This document shows positions 55,149 to 62,171 of a DNA stretch of 64,000 bases, one piece after another (positions within the stretch are counted from its first letter, which is position 1; the number at the start of each line of letters is the position of its first letter). The translations under genes and the position numbers were made by a program. Where the stretch lies: the IMG/VR virus record IMGVR_UViG_3300022902_000004, positions 254,268-318,267 of that record. One strand, 5' to 3'. The DNA is from a virus. The notes beneath the pieces were generated by a model. The model did no database searches. It was given only the letters and a program-made list of their open reading frames with translations, and was not told the origin of the DNA.

Positions 55149-56054
55149 TTACTTATCTCCCCATGATTTTGTTCGCAAGTGAATCGAGAACAGCTTTGCA
55201 GCTCGAGCACCAATTGCTTTCCTTACCTCTCGGGTTGGCTCAAACTCGCCTTCACCTTCGATCATGACATCTTCGATCATTGCAGGAATGATTTTCTGCA
55301 TGTCAGCGTAACCCACATCTTGCGGGAACTTGTCAAGCACATGCTCCAGGCGCATATCGGTAACCCACTCTTCAGCAATTGCTTGGGCGCCATTCAGCTT
55401 CTTCCTTGCATCGGGATCCAAGATGGTGTCACCTTTCGATGCCCGCTCAGAAAACTCAGCAGTCTTGTGTTTTGCCATCAGTCGCTTACCGCTCGGCATT
55501 GCAACCTCTTCGATTGGCCGGAGCACGACACCTTCAGATACTTTATCCTCGATGATACCTCGGCGTTTGGCAACCCGAGACGGTTTATCTCGTTCAATCG
55601 TGACTGCCGCAAGGTTGGCTGGGATCCGTTCATATGGAACGAACTCAAGCCCAAACTTAAGGACAAACTCTTCAGCCCGAGGAACAGGCAACCATTCATT
55701 GCCGAGTTTGACTTCAAATGCGATGAAGAGTAGTTTTGGTCCATATGTGTGCGACATTTTCTGTTGAGCGCCGCCATATGCCTCACCGAAAATGGTTACA
55801 TCAGCATGCCCAAGCTCGTGAAAGATGTCAATGAGTCCTTGCTGATAAAACAAGTCGGTGAACTCTTGATGCTTCGACCCGCCAGAAAAGAATCGCAATA
55901 CGGCATTGTTCTTATTCTTCGGTGTCTTGTTGGTATAACGGATATGTGCCGATGTGCCATGAACTTTCTCCATGGCATAACACTCCTTGAAAAGCAGGAT
56001 GTTTTGGTCTTTGTATAGATTTGAGATCTTGGCGTATCCAATAATGTCCCCCAC
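55149..56054 (-). CDS. rnl2: RNA ligase, Rnl2 family (probable GTG start)
   Basis: Motif I EKVHGTS (T4 Rnl2 KIHGTN). ~300 aa. Confidence 0.75.
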   Translation of the reverse strand: MGDIIGYAKISNLYKDQNILLFKECYAMEKVHGTSAHIRYTNKTPKNKNNAVLRFFSGGSKHQEFTDLFYQQGLIDIFHELGHADVTIFGEAYGGAQQKMSHTYGPKLLFIAFEVKLGNEWLPVPRAEEFVLKFGLEFVPYERIPANLAAVTIERDKPSRVAKRRGIIEDKVSEGVVLRPIEEVAMPSGKRLMAKHKTAEFSERASKGDTILDPDARKKLNGAQAIAEEWVTDMRLEHVLDKFPQDVGYADMQKIIPAMIEDVMIEGEGEFEPTREVRKAIGARAAKLFSIHLRTKSWGDK

Positions 56055-56069
56055 GGGACCTGTGCCCCT

Positions 56070-56112
56070 TATTTATAACTCAATTATATCATAAAAATTG
56101 TCAGTTTACACG
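56070..56112 (-). promoter_or_regulatory. early-promoter cassette (TGATATAAT variant) driving rnl2-guaC-natV-nadV
   Basis: Minus strand GTGTAAAC ... TGATATAAT, ~25 nt upstream of the start. Confidence 0.45.
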
Positions 56113-56157
56113 AACAACTGGATATTTAGTAACGTATACATAACCCATGGAGAATAT

Positions 56158-56823
56158 ATGAAACGCCATTACATAATTTACACATACAAAGATCCTCGAA
56201 ACGACAACATATTCTATGTTGGCCAAAGTATCAACGGAATGAAAAGAGCCCAAGCCTTTAGCCAACACAACGTTTGGTGCAGGAGAGTTATTGCAAAAAT
56301 TGAAGCATCGGGAATGCATGTTGAAATAGAGATCACTGATGAACTTGAAAAGACACGCGACGTCCGAAATGAATTGAACGTCGCTGAAAAGGCTCGCTGT
56401 GCTGCTATTCAAAATGAAGGGCATCATCTAACAAACCTGCTTTTTGGTGAAAACATGAATAGACCGCATCTGTATGAGACAGAAAGAAAAGCTCATGGAA
56501 ACAAAGGAAAAGTTCGAACCGCCGAACATAGAAAGAACATGAGTAAGGCCCAAAAAGGACGTAAGCATTCACCAGAAACAAAAATGAAAACGTCTCAATC
56601 TCTCACAGGTAGAAAAAAGTCTGAGGCTCACAAAAAAGCAATGCGTGATAATTGGTATGAAAAGCGGGGCCCAGAAGTTTTCGAGAAGATTGCCGCATCA
56701 AAACGAGGTAAACCTAGAAGTGAAGAAACAAAGGCGAAAATTTCAGCATCTGGTAAACAAGGTGCACTGAAAGGATGGGAAACCCGAAGACGCAACGCTG
56801 AAGCTAAAACCATACCAGGATGA
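56158..56823 (+). CDS. GIY-YIG homing endonuclease (Seg-like) with NUMOD3 repeats
   Basis: MKRHYIIYTYKD ... FYVGQS. Repeats AEHRKNMSKAQKG, PETKMKTSQSLTG, EETKAKISASGKQ. GGAGAATAT RBS. Opposite strand to neighbours. Confidence 0.75.
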   Translation: MKRHYIIYTYKDPRNDNIFYVGQSINGMKRAQAFSQHNVWCRRVIAKIEASGMHVEIEITDELEKTRDVRNELNVAEKARCAAIQNEGHHLTNLLFGENMNRPHLYETERKAHGNKGKVRTAEHRKNMSKAQKGRKHSPETKMKTSQSLTGRKKSEAHKKAMRDNWYEKRGPEVFEKIAASKRGKPRSEETKAKISASGKQGALKGWETRRRNAEAKTIPG

Positions 56824-56844
56824 ATCTTACACGAAGTTCACACA

Positions 56845-57369
56845 TTACTTTTCTAATAGTTTCTTCATTGATTTGAGTTTTTTCAATGTTGTTGGAGGTT
56901 TTGTCCAGCACATGCCAAGAGCGGGAGTGTCTGAGAATTCGCCGACCTCATCAATATTCGTTCCAGTCACATCCGGGCGGTAATCACGGTAGTGGTTCCA
57001 TACATTTTGGGCTTCATCTGAAACTGGGTCGCGGTCGGCCATGAGCCCATCGCCTTCCTTTGTGGCATACTCCATGGCGACATCGTATAGTAACGGTCCC
57101 CATGATTTTGATGCCCTGACGAAGTTTATCATCCAGACGTTCCCGGCGATATCATGCATCGTTTCTACTGATGCCGGTGGGTCAATGTACATCTCGCCGA
57201 GGGGTGTTCCGCCATGATCGATGGGCTTCTTTGATTTGTCGCTGTAGTAAATGTGTACACCGTACTCATCCATTGCAGACGAGTCAATGGTGATATACAC
57301 ATCGTCTAGGTCATTGATACCGACGGCACGCTCGAGGAGTATTTCAATGTATTCACGGAGGAGCTTCAT
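56845..57369 (-). CDS. paralog family F protein (SWGPLLYDVAME) with CTS-like leader MKLLREYIEILLE
   Basis: Motif shared with 36092..36748 and 58853..59479. Confidence 0.55.
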   Translation of the reverse strand: MKLLREYIEILLERAVGINDLDDVYITIDSSAMDEYGVHIYYSDKSKKPIDHGGTPLGEMYIDPPASVETMHDIAGNVWMINFVRASKSWGPLLYDVAMEYATKEGDGLMADRDPVSDEAQNVWNHYRDYRPDVTGTNIDEVGEFSDTPALGMCWTKPPTTLKKLKSMKKLLEK

Positions 57370-58196
57370 ACCAATTGAGCCCTCAGTTTTGTCTTTGGGT
57401 ATTTGCCCGCCAGTGCGGCGACGGCTTTTATGTTCTTCGCTGAGTCATCTATAAAGTAAATGTCGTCATGGCCGTTGTTGATTTTTTCTTCAATCCAGTC
57501 TGCTTTGACTTGCGGGTCTGAATTGCCTAGCGTCACCAATTCGATGCTGCTTGTATCTATACCAATGTCTTCTAGGAAATCAAGTATTCCTATCCTTGCG
57601 GCATCACCTCGAGCAGTCAAAATCACCACATGCCTGCCTTGGCTTCCGGCTGCCAAAACCCTGCGAAGGATTTTCATGTGCCCCTTGATTGCCTGCGGGT
57701 TTTTGAGGGCACCACCAAATTGGCTATAGTCGAATTCGTCACCTTTGACAGGTTTATAGATCGACCACTCGGCTGGCGTCTGTTCTATCGTCTCACCGGA
57801 TGCCTTGTTCAAGATGATCATTGAATCGGTCATCGCCAGCGTATCATCAAAATCAAAAACCCTTAGCTTTCTTTCGGTAAGCATTTTTTGCTCTACTAGA
57901 TTGCCGAACCGAGAAATATCTTTCGCCGAAACCCAATAGTGTCGTTCGCCATCAGGAAATTCGTCGTCTAAGTTTGCATATTGCTCAGGTATTTCAATTG
58001 CCACAAGCTCATTTCCATAATCATTCGTTGCTTCGCCATTAGGACTTGTTGAAAAATAAACCTCTGTTCCAAAACCCGTTTTTATCTTCGAGGTAAAACC
58101 ATTTCGCTGTATCGCGGCGGCGTTGTTCGTTCGATGGTACAGCAATAGCGTTTTTTCTGCAAGTAGCATCCCAATATATTCGCGGAGGAGTTTCAT
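57366..58196 (-). CDS. two-domain protein: unknown N-terminal domain plus HAD-like phosphatase (DxDxT), CTS-like leader MKLLREYIGMLLAE
   Basis: VFDFDDTLAM motif I; ATGA overlap. Confidence 0.6.
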   Translation of the reverse strand: MKLLREYIGMLLAEKTLLLYHRTNNAAAIQRNGFTSKIKTGFGTEVYFSTSPNGEATNDYGNELVAIEIPEQYANLDDEFPDGERHYWVSAKDISRFGNLVEQKMLTERKLRVFDFDDTLAMTDSMIILNKASGETIEQTPAEWSIYKPVKGDEFDYSQFGGALKNPQAIKGHMKILRRVLAAGSQGRHVVILTARGDAARIGILDFLEDIGIDTSSIELVTLGNSDPQVKADWIEEKINNGHDDIYFIDDSAKNIKAVAALAGKYPKTKLRAQLV

Positions 58197-58197
58197 G

Positions 58198-58851
58198 TTA
58201 CTTTATCACGACGCCCAGGTCTTTCAGATCCTTGATTGCCCGCTGCATGTTCTTTGCATCGTTCATACCGAAGTCCATTAGCTCTTGGCCGATTTCCTTG
58301 CGGGTGATTTCGTCGTAGTCAGACAGGACATCAAGAATCTCTTCCCATGCCTCGTCCTTATCCTCAACCTCAATCTTGCCGGCCGCATGACGACCTGCCC
58401 TTGACAGCGCGTCATTGACATTCTTCTCAGCGAATGCTCTGGCGTCAACTTCATGTGGAGATGCTCGGTATCCATACGTGCTACCATTCCATCTCCATTG
58501 TGCTGTGATTGACCGGTACAGCGTCTGTCGATCTATATCACCGCCTTTCTCTTCACCATGCTTTACATGCTGGTTCCAATGCTGGATTTCGTGAAGTATT
58601 GTGTTCACCTGCTGTTTGAACATGTTCTTGGTCTTAGCTTTGTTGACGGTGAGTCGAGCGTAATGAGGGCTATATCGTCCCCATATACGACTAGGAAGGC
58701 TCCCGTATTGCCACTTCAATTTACCGAGGATTGAGCTCTCTTTTGCATACGTTGAAATAAGAAAGTTGACGACCTTTGGGGAGAGCCACTCTTCGCCAAA
58801 TGCTGCGTCCTCGGTCAGGATCCTTTTTATGAATGTGATTAGGCTGCTCAT
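58198..58851 (-). CDS. SprT-like / HExxH zinc metallopeptidase-like protein
   Basis: ILHEIQHWNQH motif. Confidence 0.5.
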   Translation of the reverse strand: MSSLITFIKRILTEDAAFGEEWLSPKVVNFLISTYAKESSILGKLKWQYGSLPSRIWGRYSPHYARLTVNKAKTKNMFKQQVNTILHEIQHWNQHVKHGEEKGGDIDRQTLYRSITAQWRWNGSTYGYRASPHEVDARAFAEKNVNDALSRAGRHAAGKIEVEDKDEAWEEILDVLSDYDEITRKEIGQELMDFGMNDAKNMQRAIKDLKDLGVVIK

Positions 58852-58852
58852 A

Positions 58853-59479
58853 TTATCTCCAATCGTCCAGCTTTCCTGCTTGACGAAGGAAATCTAATGT
58901 CGGTGTTGCCCCGAGTCTTGTTCTGTACATTTTGCTAAGTTCTGAGTCGACCCAGTCGCTACTGGCGCGGCGAGCTGAGTGTTGCAGTGCATTGTCATCA
59001 TCTTGTGGTGTTAGCTGGTTTTGCATATTGTCCAGTTGAACATGCTCTACATCATCACGCGATTCTAGGTAATATTCCCAAATTCCTTGGGCTGAATAGG
59101 ACACTGATTTGCGATCTGGCATGATGCCGGAACCGTTTTCAGCCGCGACCTCCATGGCGATGTCATATAGCAAAGGTCCCCAACCATCCGGAGCACCGGC
59201 GAATGTAACCTCATATGCATCAAGTGCTTTGCCATAATCTGATGGCATCGGGCGGGCAGCACTTACCTCACCAAGCGGCCCGTCTTTGATATCGGCATCT
59301 TCGCTGATAAGATAAACTCGGAAGCCTCCTAAACCAAAACGGGTCGGTTGAATCTGAATTGATAAATGTGCCGGTAGGTCTTGAGCGGTTTTCATGCCCT
59401 CAATTAGCAGTCTACGACCACCGGTTGATTGCTGGAAACATTCAACCAAGTATTTTGTGCCTTCATATGTACTTCTCAT
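58853..59479 (-). CDS. paralog family F protein (GWGPLLYDIAME)
   Basis: Shared ~60-aa core with the other family F members. Confidence 0.55.
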   Translation of the reverse strand: MRSTYEGTKYLVECFQQSTGGRRLLIEGMKTAQDLPAHLSIQIQPTRFGLGGFRVYLISEDADIKDGPLGEVSAARPMPSDYGKALDAYEVTFAGAPDGWGPLLYDIAMEVAAENGSGIMPDRKSVSYSAQGIWEYYLESRDDVEHVQLDNMQNQLTPQDDDNALQHSARRASSDWVDSELSKMYRTRLGATPTLDFLRQAGKLDDWR

Positions 59480-59509
59480 ATGTCTAAATATCTTCCAGCT
59501 CCGGTTTTC

Positions 59510-59902
59510 TCACCCACATCCTGCTTTTGTTGGGTATGTTATCCATGCAGCGTAATAGTGCCCGTCCTGCGTTGCAAACTCTTCCCAGCCGGAGGCTTCA
59601 TTTGAAATACCGTCGACTGAGTATGGGTGCCACAACCAATCTCTTCTGCACACTCTGCGCCCATCGAGCAACAATCTGTTCTGATCATCCCATGAAAGTC
59701 GATAGCGAGGCACCCCAGTTTTTTCAAGCACGATCCGTAGGACGATGTTGTTGTAATCCTGCGTCTCGGGATCAACGTCACCGTCAACGGTATAATGGTT
59801 GTCAAAACCGAAAAGCACATAAAGCCAATATGAAATGTATGTATTGTTATGAAGCTCACTCGCGAACCATCGCTCGGTGATGTTTCTAAGTCTTGACATC
59901 AT
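59510..59902 (-). CDS. hypothetical protein (Trp-rich)
   Basis: Trimmed to MMSRLRNITERWF with a GAGGGGAAAG RBS. Confidence 0.5.
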   Translation of the reverse strand: MMSRLRNITERWFASELHNNTYISYWLYVLFGFDNHYTVDGDVDPETQDYNNIVLRIVLEKTGVPRYRLSWDDQNRLLLDGRRVCRRDWLWHPYSVDGISNEASGWEEFATQDGHYYAAWITYPTKAGCG

Positions 59903-60320
59903 TACCCGCTTTCCCCTCGGCGTCGATTCGTTCAAACTCGGCAAGGAGTTCAGGACTGATGCCTTCTAGGAGTGGCGCCATAGGCTTCATTTTTCGCATA
60001 TATGACGCAAACAAAATCGTAATCATATATGCATCCAACGGTCTTAGGCCCGGCGTGTCATCCGGCACTGAAGCGATGAAGTCAACTGCTTTCTCTAAGA
60101 CATGAAAGTTTTCTGGCGTCAGCGCTTCACAATCAGCACATCCCCACACAAACGTGTCGGAGCAAAGGATCCAGAACGTAATCTCATCATCTTTGAATGA
60201 CCAGTGGAGAAGCTCTTGTTCATGCTCTGCCTCACCACCGCCTTCCTTTGTTTTGAAAAAGACGCCGTAATCAGCCGAAAACATCCGCAAAACCTTCTCA
60301 ACAAACTCCATATTTTTCAC
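59886..60320 (-). CDS. hypothetical protein (144 aa)
   Basis: ORF chain. Confidence 0.5.
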   Translation of the reverse strand: MKNMEFVEKVLRMFSADYGVFFKTKEGGGEAEHEQELLHWSFKDDEITFWILCSDTFVWGCADCEALTPENFHVLEKAVDFIASVPDDTPGLRPLDAYMITILFASYMRKMKPMAPLLEGISPELLAEFERIDAEGKAGNDVKT

Positions 60321-60511
60321 AGTTTACCTCCGCTTGTAACAATGATGAATAACGCAACGAGAATCCCGAGGAGGGCGCCTTCGGGCTTATCAGTCACTCC
60401 GGCACCGATTACAGCGCCCAAACAGAATAGCAATATCGGTGCTGTTTCCCTGAATAGTTTCATTTCGTCCTCATTCATAAAGATTATAAAACGTCTCGCC
60501 ATGTTGTTCAA
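60317..60511 (-). CDS. small membrane protein
   Basis: Two hydrophobic helices; ATGA overlap. Confidence 0.45.
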   Translation of the reverse strand: MNNMARRFIIFMNEDEMKLFRETAPILLFCLGAVIGAGVTDKPEGALLGILVALFIIVTSGGKL

Positions 60512-60944
60512 TGGCGTATTCCAAAATCGGTTTCATTTCCTTTTTATAAAGAACATCAATTTTCCTTTCCTGCGGGAATTGGGAGATTTTTGCCTCCCAT
60601 TGTTTCGATTTGTAGCCTTTGATTTCGATCAAATCACCATCGACAACGAAATCAGGCAGAAACTTTCGATCTTTACCATCGAAGTAATATGAAAACGTCT
60701 CTTTATTTCGAATAATTTCCTTCTTATTGTCTTTTGCCCAAATCACATATGCAAGTTCCCATGTACTATCGCAGTAAATCCCCTGATACCACCCCCCTTT
60801 GCCTCGCCCGGAACCCCTTCTGTATCCACCGGAGTTCCCGCCAGCCGGTTTTGAGAAATTATAATTTACATCTTTCCGCCGGCAAACAACAGAACAAAAT
60901 ATCTTGTTTTTATGCGTTTTACCACAAATCGGACATTTCACCAT
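60471..60944 (-). CDS. homing-endonuclease-like protein: zinc ribbon plus PD-(D/E)xK-like domain
   Basis: MVKCPICGK...FCSVVCRR and PDFVVDGDLIEIKGYKS, resembling the 48329..49213 C-terminus. AT-rich. Confidence 0.55.
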   Translation of the reverse strand: MVKCPICGKTHKNKIFCSVVCRRKDVNYNFSKPAGGNSGGYRRGSGRGKGGWYQGIYCDSTWELAYVIWAKDNKKEIIRNKETFSYYFDGKDRKFLPDFVVDGDLIEIKGYKSKQWEAKISQFPQERKIDVLYKKEMKPILEYAIEQHGETFYNLYE

Positions 60945-61144
60945 GGGTTTTTTGGGTTTTTATTATGTGGGCTTTTGTTGCCAAACCCACCAATATAGCC
61001 GTGCTCTTTGAAATATTTCTTTGCCGATTGAGACATTTTTCTTTTGACTTTGCTTGTTCGTGGACCTCGGCTATTCGCACAAGGGCGAGAACAAAATCGA
61101 CCATTTTTTTGATGGGCTGACCCACATTTAGGACATGTTTTCAT
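60938..61144 (-). CDS. small zinc-ribbon protein (CPKCG ... FCSRPC)
   Basis: Resembles the N-terminus of neighbouring HE-like proteins; TATAAT -10 element upstream. Confidence 0.45.
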   Translation of the reverse strand: MKTCPKCGSAHQKNGRFCSRPCANSRGPRTSKVKRKMSQSAKKYFKEHGYIGGFGNKSPHNKNPKNPW

Positions 61145-61405
61145 GTTTATAAATATCTGCCACGAATTGAACCCGTATCAGTTTGATTGATTATAAACCG
61201 GTTACTAGTGCGAATGCCACGCACGTTCACCTGGAAACCCTATTTAGTTGTCGGCTGGCATGCCCACCCGGTCTTTTACTTTAGACAGACCGAGAGTTGT
61301 GTGACGCTAAAGCGCCGGAACATCGTAACGTGAAGCAATGTACCGCGTTTATTCCCTGCCACGCACAGGATATATCTATTGTATATACACTTGGCGAGAT
61401 GTTCA

Positions 61406-62083
61406 TCAAAACCGTTCGAATTTTAGGCCGAGCCGTTCTGCCAGTTCCTGTTCGTCAGGATGCCCATAGTATGTGTCGACGATCCAGTGAGCAATGACTG
61501 TCTCTTCAGATTTCATGTGAAACCTAGGTTTTGCAATAAAATCTTCTTTGTTTAGTGGGATAAAATTCAACTTTTCTGGAGAAAATTGCGGCCGTTTTGG
61601 TAGGCCTGAACTTTTATAAAACTCCTTGTCTGAATTTCTTGCCTTAGAAAGCCATTCTGTTCCCGCATCAACAAATGACACGAATGTCACACGCTTTTGT
61701 TTAAACGTAAAGTGCCTAACATGGCTCCTTGTTTTGTGGGTATTACCAACATAAGCATAGCAGCTTAGTTCATTTCGAGCGGGTTTATCGATTCCAGGAT
61801 TATTTCCTATAGCTGCTATGTCGAAATAGTCATTTAGCCTGTCGCCGGTCGAGAATTTTCCCAATTCATGAACAACTGTAAATTGTTGCGGATTCTCAAA
61901 AAATGAATGATCAGCATGCAGGTTCCATAACTGCTTGATCTCTCGACGATAAGTCATTTCCGCTTTATTCAACGGTGAGTGTTCAAGTCCAGCTGAGAAG
62001 CTCCGGGTGCGATATTGGGATGTTAGTTCGTCACGAAAATCAGACAAAACCTCATTCACAAATTCGCGCAAATTATTATTCAT
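61406..62083 (-). CDS. hypothetical protein
   Basis: Trimmed to MNNNLREFVNEVL. Confidence 0.55.
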   Translation of the reverse strand: MNNNLREFVNEVLSDFRDELTSQYRTRSFSAGLEHSPLNKAEMTYRREIKQLWNLHADHSFFENPQQFTVVHELGKFSTGDRLNDYFDIAAIGNNPGIDKPARNELSCYAYVGNTHKTRSHVRHFTFKQKRVTFVSFVDAGTEWLSKARNSDKEFYKSSGLPKRPQFSPEKLNFIPLNKEDFIAKPRFHMKSEETVIAHWIVDTYYGHPDEQELAERLGLKFERF

Positions 62084-62102
62084 ATCAATAAATATCAGCC
62101 CC

Positions 62103-62142
62103 AAAGGCAAACGCCCGGCCAATCCTTTCGGACCAACCGGGC
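62103..62142 (-). terminator. rho-independent terminator after the large SPFH-like gene
   Basis: Minus strand CGCCCGGTTGGTCC-GAAA-GGATTGGCCGGGCG followed by TTTGCCTTTGG. Confidence 0.55.
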
Positions 62143-62171
62143 GAATGTCTGGTTACATATCCCTATGTTTA

